Positions 23,475 through 30,821 of a DNA stretch of 32,000 nt are shown here, piece by piece. Under the pieces are notes generated by a model that was not told where the DNA came from, made no database searches, and saw only the letters and a list, made by a program, of their open reading frames with translations. Each line of letters begins with the position of its first letter. Within the stretch, counting starts at the first letter, position 1. Both the position numbers and the translations under genes were made by a program. Origin of the DNA: Megasphaera elsdenii DSM 20460 (lineage in GTDB: Bacteria; Bacillota; Negativicutes; Veillonellales; Megasphaeraceae); assembly GCF_003010495.1 (NCBI RefSeq), contig NZ_CP027570.1, positions 1-32,000 of the forward strand, in the 5' to 3' direction.

Positions 23475-23575
23475 GAGTGACACCTCCTCATCAATATACT
23501 CGCTGAATACGGCGTCCCTTGCGGGAACTTGCGAGCCTCTCCACGCGGCTTATCCATAGCCACTTATGCTACGAC
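23475..23575 (-). promoter_or_regulatory. About 100-nt structured 5' leader of rplU (possible L21 ribosomal-protein leader)
   Basis: It lies between the predicted start site and the rplU ATG. It contains the GC-rich hairpin ggagaggctcgcaagttcccgcaagggacgcc. Firmicute rplU operons are known to carry an L21 autoregulatory leader. I could not check identity with that RNA family by eye. Confidence 0.35.
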
Positions 23576-23581
23576 TTCCCT

Positions 23582-23610
23582 AATATATCATAAATAAGGG
23601 GCGATGTCAA
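23582..23610 (-). promoter_or_regulatory. Sigma-70 promoter of the rplU operon
   Basis: The reverse strand reads TTGACA (23610-23605), 17-nt spacer, TATATT (23587-23582), with TGA immediately upstream (extended -10). Confidence 0.65.
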
Positions 23611-23892
23611 GTTTTTTAGTGGCTCGTGGTTCGTGGTTCGTAGGGCCTGGCGGCCCCTACGCATCCTTCCGTTGGTCGGCACTTGACGGGCCCCAAAAGG
23701 CCGCAGCGAATTCTGTGTATAGCCGGAGACTCGACAGATAGCTCGTTGTCCGTGGTGCATAAAAACCTGCCATTATATCAGCATGGGCTGTGATGAAATC
23801 TCCCTAGCGGGCTCGCCACGTGCGAGCCCCTACGCATACGGCCAGGGGCCGTGTATTTTACGAACTGCGTTCATTTCACACAGCCGAGTCCG
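23611..23892. repeat. Mosaic of GC-rich hairpin modules and GTGGYTC heptads (non-coding), paralogous to 20602-20930
   Basis: It contains gtggctc gtggttc gtggttc (23621-23641), the hairpin gtagggcc-tggc-ggcccctac, and the conserved block cgtggt...tatatc...GGCTGTGATGAAATCTC (23751-23802). It also has the hairpins gggctcgc-cacg-tgcgagccc (23809-23829) and acggcc-agg-ggccgt (23838-23852), and the closing segment atttcacacagcc (23873-23885). Confidence 0.7.
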
Positions 23893-24002
23893 AAAAAAAG
23901 GGCTTGTCGCATGACGACAAGCCCTTTAAAGTTGTTAGTAGCTAGCAGTTAGTGGTTAGCGGATGGCTTTAAATTTGAAGTTTTTCTCTGCAAACTATTT
24001 TC
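23893..24002. repeat. Composite element copy E5 (hairpin, heptads, core, short arm); also the amidase terminator
   Basis: The hairpin aaaaaaagggcttgtcgcatgacgacaagcccttt lies at 23893-23927 and is nearly identical to E4. Heptads gttgtta gtagcta gcagtta gtggtta follow. The core gcggatggctttaaatttgaa lies at 23959-23979. The amidase stop is at 24003. On the minus strand the hairpin is followed by T7. Confidence 0.85.
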
Positions 24003-25169
24003 TTAGTTCCCGTTATGGTTGAAGTAATCGGCCAAGCCTTTGACGATGCTTTCAGCGAAGTTCTGCTGCTGGGCGTCGGAGTTGAGGGCTTTTTCTTCAC
24101 TCGGGTTGGAGATGAAGCCCAGTTCCAATAAGGTGGCCGGCATATTGGTGTGCAAGAGGACGTAGAAGTTGGCCGTCTTGACGCCGCGGTCCGGGAAGTT
24201 GGTGGCCTTCATGTTCTGAAGGTGGATGTAGTTGGCCAGGCCGTAATCATAAGGTGTCTTGCTGTTGTAGTAAGCGGTGACACCACCTGCCGACGGGGAA
24301 TCGAAGGAATCGATGTGGATGCAGACGAAGACGTCGGCTTTGGCCGCATTGGCAATGTTGCAGCGGGCCTGCAATTCTTCGACAGCGCCGTCATAAGGCG
24401 CATAGACGTCGACGTCGGTCGTGCGGGTCATGATGACATTGGCTCCGGCAGCACTCAATAAGGAAGCGACTTTCTTGGAAATGGCCAAGGTAATGTCTTT
24501 TTCCTTGGAATAGGCGCCGACAGCACCGGAGTCTGAACCGCCGTGGCCGGGGTCGATGGCGATGGTCTTGCCCTGGAGGCCCTTGGTCAGGCTGTAAGTC
24601 TTGCTGCTGCTATAGGCCGGGACATTGGCAGCCGGCTGTTTGGTGGCCGACGGTTTCCAGCTCTGAGTCGGCTTGGTCGCCCCTTTGATGCCGATATTGG
24701 TATCGCCCCAATGGCTCCACTGTTTGAGCTTGCCCGACTTATCGTTGATGTCGATGACGACGCGGCTCGACGCTTTGCTGTTGGTAGCGCCCGGCAAGGT
24801 AAAGACTTTGACGTCATTCTTGGTGACGGCCCGGGGAACCTTGATGGTCACGTCCGTACTCGACGAACGGGGCGATAAGGTGACGCGGGAAATGACGTTG
24901 CTGTTGGGCTTATAGCTCTTGGCCACGTTCTTGCCTACGCCGGTATTGGGCAAAGTAACGAAAACGTACTCACCGGAGTTGTCGATGTACAGCTTGGGAT
25001 TGACCTTGCCGTTGACATCGAGGACGGTCCGGACGAAAGGTGTATTGGCATCCGTCCGCGTAGCCGTACGCACATTGGTGATTTCCGGTTTGGAAGCTGC
25101 CTGGGCCGATACGAAAGGTATGAGGCACACGAGCAGTAAAAGCGGAAGTATCCATATTTTTTTCAACAC
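24003..25169 (-). CDS. N-acetylmuramoyl-L-alanine amidase (Amidase_3 catalytic domain, N-terminal AMIN-like domain, signal peptide)
   Basis: The catalytic block is TIAIDPGHGGSDSGAVG...LELGFISN. The signal peptide is (M)LKKIWILPLLLLVCLIPFVSAQA. The start is set at the GTG at 25169, 9 nt after an AAGGAG SD. The 39 tracked codons upstream fall in repeat-derived sequence. Confidence 0.88.
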   Translation of the reverse strand: MLKKIWILPLLLLVCLIPFVSAQAASKPEITNVRTATRTDANTPFVRTVLDVNGKVNPKLYIDNSGEYVFVTLPNTGVGKNVAKSYKPNSNVISRVTLSPRSSSTDVTIKVPRAVTKNDVKVFTLPGATNSKASSRVVIDINDKSGKLKQWSHWGDTNIGIKGATKPTQSWKPSATKQPAANVPAYSSSKTYSLTKGLQGKTIAIDPGHGGSDSGAVGAYSKEKDITLAISKKVASLLSAAGANVIMTRTTDVDVYAPYDGAVEELQARCNIANAAKADVFVCIHIDSFDSPSAGGVTAYYNSKTPYDYGLANYIHLQNMKATNFPDRGVKTANFYVLLHTNMPATLLELGFISNPSEEKALNSDAQQQNFAESIVKGLADYFNHNGN

Positions 25170-25212
25170 GCTTATCTTCTCCTTTGCGATCCTAATCTTT
25201 TTCAACTTATTT

Positions 25213-25242
25213 ATTATACAACTAAACCGGCGTAATTGGCAA
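25213..25242 (-). promoter_or_regulatory. Candidate sigma-70 promoter of the amidase gene
   Basis: The reverse strand reads TTGCCA (25242-25237), 18-nt spacer, TATAAT (25218-25213). Confidence 0.5.
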
Positions 25243-25360
25243 TCGTTTTCTGTAGGAGCGACCACGTGGGGCGCCCGTTCACGCAAATTTGGTTCACCAG
25301 TATTTCACATGTACCCGGCGGGCTCGCCACATGCGAGCCCCTACAAAAAACATAATGTAA

Positions 25361-25410
25361 AGCAAAAGGGACCGCCCATGATGACAGATGCCTTCATGAG
25401 ACAGTCCCTA
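25361..25410 (-). terminator. Terminator hairpin downstream of the OmpM-like gene (same hairpin family as the right arms of E2/E4)
   Basis: aaagggaccgcccatgatgacagatgccttcatgagacagtcccta. On the minus strand the stem is followed by TTTTGCTTT. Confidence 0.6.
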
Positions 25411-25430
25411 TAAAACAACTTCTATGAGAC

Positions 25431-25477
25431 AACCTCTCAGACCGCTTTCAGCGGTCAGCTCTCCTATGAGGCGAGCC
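25431..25477. repeat. Dual-hairpin module, copy 3, immediately 3' of the ompM-like stop codon
   Basis: aacctctcagaccgctttcagcggtcagctctcctatgaggcgagcc. The hairpin is gaccgc-tttca-gcggtc, followed by a CTCCTAT...GAG segment. It ends 2 nt before the stop codon at 25480-25482. Confidence 0.7.
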
Positions 25478-25479
25478 TT

Positions 25480-26832
25480 TTAGAACAGGAAGTTGATTTC
25501 TACATCGGTGAATTCGTCAGGGTCAGCGGCATTGCCGTGTTTGGTCTGCGTACCAAAGGTCTGGGCTGCCGTGAGGATGACGTTCTTGGCCAAGGTGTAG
25601 TCGATGCCGACGCCCCAGGATTTGACGTTGTCCAGGACGCTGTCATCACGCCAGGAGTTGGTCGCACCACCGAGGAGAGCGCCTTTATCGGAGTTGAGGT
25701 ATTCAACCCAGGCATCCCAAGAGCCACGAGCGTCACTGTCAGCGGAACCGTAAGTCAGTTTGCCGATCCATACTTCCGGATCTTTCGTATTCCCTGCTTC
25801 GAGGTAGCTATTGTTGCTGTTGATTTTTTCATAGTTAGCCAAAGCGTTCCATTTGCCGAAGTTGACGCTTGCATAAGCACCCCAGAGGTCATCCGCAGCA
25901 AAGCCGTCGCCATACTTTTCGTCACCTTCGCCGCCAGCTACGGTGAAGTCATTATAATAGACGCCGACTGCCGAACCGGCTGCCCGGCCGCCGCCGAAGA
26001 AGCCTTCTAATTCGCCATAGCCGGTCTTGACGCCATCCATGTCATCTGTACCAGCGAGGAGGTCGCCGGCTTTGAATTTACCATAGCCAGCCGTAGCTGC
26101 GAAGTGGTCGTTCGTGTATTTCAATTCAGCCCGGTCAAAGACGTCACCGTACTGGAAGCCGTAGGCGTTTTCACCGCCCAGGACATACGTATCGGTACGG
26201 CCGACGCTGAGGTTCCAGTGGTCGCCGCCGAAGTTGTAGTCGACTTTAGCGTCATCGGTGAAGATGTTTTTGTTGTCGCTCGCTGCGCCATTATCGGCGA
26301 AGCTGATGTCATCCGTGCTGATGCCGTATGTTACGGTCGTGCGGTCGTTGACTTTGGCGTTGGCGCGGACGCGGACGCGGTAATCCCAAGAAGCATCATT
26401 CTTATAGCCAGCTCCGTCGTTGCCGTTCGATTCACCGGAACTCTGGTGCTGGAAGCGGACGCGGGCATCGCCGCTGAGCTTGACGTTGCCTACGCGGTTT
26501 TCCAGGGCGCTGACGCGGACGCCGAGGTTGTTCAGTTCGTCAGCGTATTCGTCAGCCAGTTTGTTGATGAGGGCACGCTGTTCGACGGACGCCTTGTCCA
26601 TGTGAGCCATGGCTTTGGCAACCATTTCAGCGGCTTCATAACGGGTGATGTTGCGGTTGCCCTGGAAATACTGTCCATCGACACCCTGAATGATGCCGGC
26701 GTCAGCCAGTTCGACGACGGATTTGTAAGCCCAGCTGTCAGACGGTACGTCGACAAAGGGATTGGCAGCAAAGGCGCAGGCAGCGCCGACAGCCATCATA
26801 GCGGCTAAGGAGGTAACGATTTTCTTTTTCAT
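25480..26832 (-). CDS. ompM: OmpM-type outer-membrane porin with N-terminal S-layer-homology (SLH) domain
   Basis: The signal peptide is MKKKIVTSLAAMMAVGAACAFA. The SLH block is NPFVDVPSDSWAYKSVVELADAGIIQG...ITRYEAA, followed by a coiled linker. The C-terminal part is Gly/Asp/Tyr-rich beta-barrel-like sequence ending in ...EINFLF. The start is set at the ATG at 26832, not the tracked 26934. Confidence 0.88.
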   Translation of the reverse strand: MKKKIVTSLAAMMAVGAACAFAANPFVDVPSDSWAYKSVVELADAGIIQGVDGQYFQGNRNITRYEAAEMVAKAMAHMDKASVEQRALINKLADEYADELNNLGVRVSALENRVGNVKLSGDARVRFQHQSSGESNGNDGAGYKNDASWDYRVRVRANAKVNDRTTVTYGISTDDISFADNGAASDNKNIFTDDAKVDYNFGGDHWNLSVGRTDTYVLGGENAYGFQYGDVFDRAELKYTNDHFAATAGYGKFKAGDLLAGTDDMDGVKTGYGELEGFFGGGRAAGSAVGVYYNDFTVAGGEGDEKYGDGFAADDLWGAYASVNFGKWNALANYEKINSNNSYLEAGNTKDPEVWIGKLTYGSADSDARGSWDAWVEYLNSDKGALLGGATNSWRDDSVLDNVKSWGVGIDYTLAKNVILTAAQTFGTQTKHGNAADPDEFTDVEINFLF

Positions 26833-26995
26833 CAATATGACCTTCTTTCTCTGTGTATAAGCCTGTGACAGGGAAATCATAAAGGCCTCCCCTATCCGCT
26901 GCGGTCGAGTGTACCTAGTTTCCTCTCGCATCATATAAGGATTCCGCCTATATGGTTCCCTTTGTCACATGGCTTGTTCCAATAAGTACGTAGTT

Positions 26996-27024
26996 ATTAT
27001 ACATTTTATGATATTAGTTGTCAA
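26996..27024 (-). promoter_or_regulatory. Consensus sigma-70 promoter of the ompM-like gene
   Basis: The reverse strand reads TTGACA (27024-27019), exactly 17 nt of spacer, TATAAT (27001-26996). This predicts a 5' UTR of about 155 nt. Confidence 0.7.
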
Positions 27025-27039
27025 TATCGTGTTTGGAAG

Positions 27040-27073
27040 TAAAAAAAGAGGCTGTCGCATTAAGACAGCCTCT
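27040..27073 (-). terminator. Rho-independent terminator of hydA
   Basis: The 10-bp stem agaggctgtc (27047-27056) pairs with gacagcctct (27064-27073). On the minus strand it is followed by T7. Confidence 0.8.
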
Positions 27074-27108
27074 CCGGCCCTTTGGGCCACCTCCCCTAAC
27101 AAGGGAGG
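27074..27108. repeat. Dual-hairpin module, copy 1, immediately 3' of the hydA stop codon
   Basis: The two hairpins are ggccc-ttt-gggcc (27076-27088) and cctcccct-aaca-agggagg (27090-27108). The hydA stop codon is at 27109-27111. Confidence 0.75.
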
Positions 27109-28563
27109 CTATTCTTCTGTCGGGGGTTTGTACTTCGGCGACATGGGGTTGGTCTGGGGCGTGAGGTTCTTCATGCGGCCCAGCTGGTCGCTCTTGTCGG
27201 AGAAGTAGGTGTGCAAGGTAAATTCGGCCATTTCTGACAGCGGTTCATCGAGGAAAGCTTCGTAGAGTGTTTCGATTTCCGGGTTCTGCCAGCTGGCTTT
27301 GATATCGGTTTCTTCATCGCTCTTATAAATCGATGCCGTGCGGGCTTCCTGGACTTTCTTGACCTGCGGCAGCTTGACTTTCGGCTGACCGCCGCCGCCG
27401 ATGCAGCCACCGGGGCAGGCCATGACTTCGATGAAGGAGTAGTCTTCAAAGGCGTCATTCTTAATGAGGTCGTCGATGAAGGCGCGGGCGTTGCCCAGGC
27501 CGCTGATGGCAGCGACGTGAAGGACGAAGTGGCCGAAGATGACCGTCGCTTTCTTGACGCCCTGGAGACCGCGGACCGGTTCGAAGGGGATGAAGTCCTT
27601 CGGGGCCGGACGGCCTGTGAACATGTGGTATGCCGTGCGGATAGCCGCTTCCATGACACCGCCGGAGTTGCCGAAGATACGGCCGCCGCCGGAGGCTTCG
27701 CCAAAAGCCTTGTCGAACTTGCTATCTTCGAGGCTGGCAAAGTCGATGTTTTCGTCCTGGATCCACTGGGCCAGTTCCCGCGTCGTGATGCAGATATCGG
27801 TATCGCGGATTTCCGGTTCATCCCAGAAGAGGCCGGAAGCGCTCAGTTCAGGACGGCGGATTTCGGCTTTCTTCGCCGTGCACGGCGTAACGCAGACGTT
27901 GACGATTTTCTTGGGGTCGATGTTCTTCTGCTGGGCGAAATAGGTCTTGATGACCGGGCTGAGGATACTGATGGGGCTCTTCGTCGAAGACAGATGCTGG
28001 AGCAGGTCCGGATAGAAGGTTTCCGCAAATTCGACCCATGCCGGGCAGCAGCTGGTGAACTGCGGAATAGGGATTTCTTCCGATTGCAGGCGGTGCAGGA
28101 GTTCCGTCGCTTCTTCCATGATGGTCAGGTCGGCACCGAAATCGGTATCGAAGACATAGTCCGCACCGAGTGTACGCAGGGCTGCGACCATCTTTCCTTC
28201 GACGAACGTACCGGGGTCCATGCCGAAGGCTTCGCCTAAGCCGACGCGGACAGCCGGAGCCGTCTGGAAGATGACGATCTTTTCAGGGTCTTTCAGGGCC
28301 GCCTTGACTTTGTCCACATCGTTGACTTCGACGATGGCACCAAAGGGGCAGGCAGACGAACACTGGCCGCAATGTACGCAGATGGGCATGTCCCCTGTAC
28401 TGGACAGGGAGTAGTAGTCCAACACAGTCTGTGTGTCGGCACAGGCCCGGCGACATAAGGTGCAGTTCTTACACTTCGTTACGTCAAATTGAACGGCACA
28501 GTTGTGTTCATCAATGGGAACACGACGGTCAATTTTTTCAAAACGGGAATGAAATTCAGGCAT
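27109..28563 (-). CDS. hydA: Monomeric [FeFe]-hydrogenase (two accessory 4Fe-4S clusters + H-cluster domain)
   Basis: The 484-aa ORF has two ferredoxin-type motifs (CKNCTLCRRAC, CVHCGQCSSACP). The three H-cluster signatures are FTSCCPAW, TPCTAKKAE and MACPGGCIGGGGQP. An AAGGAG SD lies 9 nt upstream of the ATG. Confidence 0.95.
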   Translation of the reverse strand: MPEFHSRFEKIDRRVPIDEHNCAVQFDVTKCKNCTLCRRACADTQTVLDYYSLSSTGDMPICVHCGQCSSACPFGAIVEVNDVDKVKAALKDPEKIVIFQTAPAVRVGLGEAFGMDPGTFVEGKMVAALRTLGADYVFDTDFGADLTIMEEATELLHRLQSEEIPIPQFTSCCPAWVEFAETFYPDLLQHLSSTKSPISILSPVIKTYFAQQKNIDPKKIVNVCVTPCTAKKAEIRRPELSASGLFWDEPEIRDTDICITTRELAQWIQDENIDFASLEDSKFDKAFGEASGGGRIFGNSGGVMEAAIRTAYHMFTGRPAPKDFIPFEPVRGLQGVKKATVIFGHFVLHVAAISGLGNARAFIDDLIKNDAFEDYSFIEVMACPGGCIGGGGQPKVKLPQVKKVQEARTASIYKSDEETDIKASWQNPEIETLYEAFLDEPLSEMAEFTLHTYFSDKSDQLGRMKNLTPQTNPMSPKYKPPTEE

Positions 28564-28757
28564 ATGCAGATACTCCTTTTCGGTCAGAAATTCAGTAAGT
28601 GTAACTAACAGTAACTATGTAACATTTTATCACAAACTTCATTACCTATAGGATAATACAAAGTGCCATAGATTTCCATTACTTTTGTGTAATTCATCTA
28701 CCCTTTTTACCATATATTCTATGCTTTTTTGTAATATATAGGTAAATTTGTCATCGC

Positions 28758-30623
28758 CTATGCCTTTAAGTCCTCTAATTCACACCATCTTTCTGTCAGC
28801 GCATCGACTTTCTCCTGGGTTTCCTTCTGTTCCGACAGCAGCGACTCCACTTCTTCATAATTGCTCCCCGCCGCGGCAATGGCCGCATTGAGGCCCTTGA
28901 GCATGGCTTCGTAGCGCGGCAGTTCTTCCGTGATGCGCCGCAGTTCTTCTTCCTGCCGCGACGTCAGGCCGGCTTTTGTTTTGGCTGGCGTAATATTCGT
29001 TTTAGTAATAGAAGGTGCAGTGGCCTTTTCACCTTTCTTTTCCTGGTGATGGCTGTATTTTTCCTCCAAGTATTCGCTATAGTCACCATAAAAGCGGTCC
29101 CAGGTCCCCTTTTCTAATGTGAAAAGTTTATCAACCACCCGGTCCAGGAAGTAGCGGTCATGCGATACGACGAGGACCACGCCCTGGAAGGTGTCGAGGT
29201 AGCGTTCGAGGACGGTCAGCGTCGGGATGTCCAGGTCGTTCGTCGGTTCGTCCAGGAGGAGGACGTTGGGCTGGTCCATGAGCAGGCGCAGCAGGTACAG
29301 GCGCCGCCGTTCGCCGCCGCTCAGCTTGGCGATGTAGGTGTACTGCATCTCTTCGGTGAACAGGAACTGGTCCAACAGGCGCGTCGCCGAGATGCGCTGG
29401 CCGAACTGATTGGTCACGAAATGGCCGTGTTCCTGGACGTAATCGATGACCCGCATGCCTTCGTCGAACTGGGGCAGCTGCTGAGTGAAGAAGCCGAAGC
29501 GCACGGTCTGGCCGATGGTGACCGTCCCGGCTGTCGGCGCCAGCTGGCCTGCCAAGACTTTGAGCAGTGTCGACTTGCCGACGCCGTTCTCACCGATGAT
29601 GCCGATGCGGTCATGCTTGACGACGTGATACGTCACGTGCTGGAACAGCGGGCGGGCCGGGTCGTAGCCAAAGGCCATGTCGTCGATGTCGATGATAGTC
29701 TTGCCCAGGCGGACAGACGTATCGAACATTTCCACTTCGCCAATGGGTTTGCCCGCTTCGATGGCGCAGAGCTGTTCATACCGTTCCTTACGGGCCTTCT
29801 GCTTGGTCGACCGGGCCTGGGCGCCGCGCTGGATCCAGGCTTTTTCCCGGCGGATGAGGTTGCGCCGTTTGGCTTCGCTCGCTTCTTCCCGTTCCAGCCG
29901 GGCCTGGCGCTGTTCCAGGTACTGGCCGTAATTGCCGACGTAGGTATAGACGTGGCCCCGGTCGAGTTCGATCATGGAATCGGCGACGCAGTCCAGGAAG
30001 TAGCGGTCATGCGTGCTGAGGAGGATGGCCGCCTTGCTGTCGCGCAGGTATTCTTCCAGCCACAGGATGGTCTTGTCGTCGAGATGGTTCGTCGGTTCGT
30101 CCATGATCAGCAGGTCGCAGGGCATGATCAGGGCCCGGGCCAGGCCCAGGCGTTTGCGCTGGCCGCCGGATAATTCGTCGACGGACTGGGAAAAGTTGGA
30201 AATGCCCAATTTACTGAGAATGATCTTGGCATGGGCTTCCAGTTCCCACGCCTGCTGTTCGTCCATTTCGGCGCTGAGGGCGACGACAGCCGCATCATCA
30301 TCGCGCTGGACCGCTTCTTCGTAGCGCTGGAGGAGCTTCATGACCGGCAGGTCGCCGTCGAGGACGCTTTCCAGGACCGTATGGCCCGCGACGAACTGCG
30401 GTTCCTGCGGCAGGTAATGGATGCGCGCCTTGGGATTGCGCCAGATGTCGCCGCTGTCCGTGTCGGTCAGGCCGGCAATGATTTTCAAGAGTGTCGTCTT
30501 CCCGGCACCGTTGAGGCCGATGAGGCCCAGTTTCTGACCGCCGTCGATGGCAAAGGTCACGTCGTCGAAGAGGACCCGCAGGCCGTAAGATTTCTTTACA
30601 TGTTCTACTGTCAATATATTCAT
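28758..30623 (-). CDS. ABC-F family ATPase (Uup-like, two ABC cassettes + C-terminal coiled coil)
   Basis: The 621-aa ORF has Walker A motifs GLNGAGKTT and GENGVGKST and signatures LSGGQRKRL and LSGGERRRL. It has no transmembrane domain and a Lys/Glu-rich C-terminal tail. Confidence 0.9.
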   Translation of the reverse strand: MNILTVEHVKKSYGLRVLFDDVTFAIDGGQKLGLIGLNGAGKTTLLKIIAGLTDTDSGDIWRNPKARIHYLPQEPQFVAGHTVLESVLDGDLPVMKLLQRYEEAVQRDDDAAVVALSAEMDEQQAWELEAHAKIILSKLGISNFSQSVDELSGGQRKRLGLARALIMPCDLLIMDEPTNHLDDKTILWLEEYLRDSKAAILLSTHDRYFLDCVADSMIELDRGHVYTYVGNYGQYLEQRQARLEREEASEAKRRNLIRREKAWIQRGAQARSTKQKARKERYEQLCAIEAGKPIGEVEMFDTSVRLGKTIIDIDDMAFGYDPARPLFQHVTYHVVKHDRIGIIGENGVGKSTLLKVLAGQLAPTAGTVTIGQTVRFGFFTQQLPQFDEGMRVIDYVQEHGHFVTNQFGQRISATRLLDQFLFTEEMQYTYIAKLSGGERRRLYLLRLLMDQPNVLLLDEPTNDLDIPTLTVLERYLDTFQGVVLVVSHDRYFLDRVVDKLFTLEKGTWDRFYGDYSEYLEEKYSHHQEKKGEKATAPSITKTNITPAKTKAGLTSRQEEELRRITEELPRYEAMLKGLNAAIAAAGSNYEEVESLLSEQKETQEKVDALTERWCELEDLKA

Positions 30624-30707
30624 TATATGCTCTTCACTTTCTCTGTAGATTTGTCTTTACCGTATCACACATCACATCAAACGTCAAACATCAAACCCTA
30701 AGAGCAA

Positions 30708-30750
30708 CCCCTCCGGCCCTCTGGGCCACCTCCCCTATTAAGGGAGGCTT
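30708..30750. repeat. Dual-hairpin module, copy 2, in the divergent ABC-F / ftsH promoter region
   Basis: The hairpins are ggccc-tct-gggcc (30715-30727) and cctcccct-atta-agggagg (30729-30747). It is about 90% identical to copy 1. It is preceded by CATCAAA-type heptads (30668-30697). Confidence 0.75.
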
Positions 30751-30755
30751 TCCCC

Positions 30756-30783
30756 TTGCCAACAGCCCCCACGGGTGTACAAT
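30756..30783 (+). promoter_or_regulatory. Candidate sigma-70 promoter of ftsH
   Basis: TTGCCA (30756-30761), 16-nt spacer, TACAAT (30778-30783). Confidence 0.4.
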
Positions 30784-30821
30784 ATAAAGAATAGATAAAA
30801 CACAAAAGGATGTGACGGATC

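Noticed and set aside
23786-23802. UGAUGA within GGCUGUGAUGAAAUCUC resembles a C box or k-turn motif of C/D-box RNAs.
   Set aside because: No matching D box (CUGA) lies at the paired 3' end in either copy, and C/D-box sRNAs are not a bacterial feature. This is most likely coincidence.
25170-25286. Tracked 5' extensions of several ORFs: amidase to 25286, ompM-like to 26934, rpmA to 22895, rplU to 23483, trmL to 17984, the antitoxin to 11987, and 18114 and 18552 for the plus-strand genes.
   Set aside because: In each case an internal start with a well-spaced Shine-Dalgarno sequence gives the canonical N-terminus (signal peptide, [33 protein letters not shown]). The upstream codons lie in repeat or leader sequence.
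28650-28670. A TGGCAC motif upstream of hydA on the minus strand (TGGCACTTTGTATTAT).
   Set aside because: The -12 position reads ATTA instead of TTGC, so only the -24 half matches. This is not a credible sigma-54 promoter.
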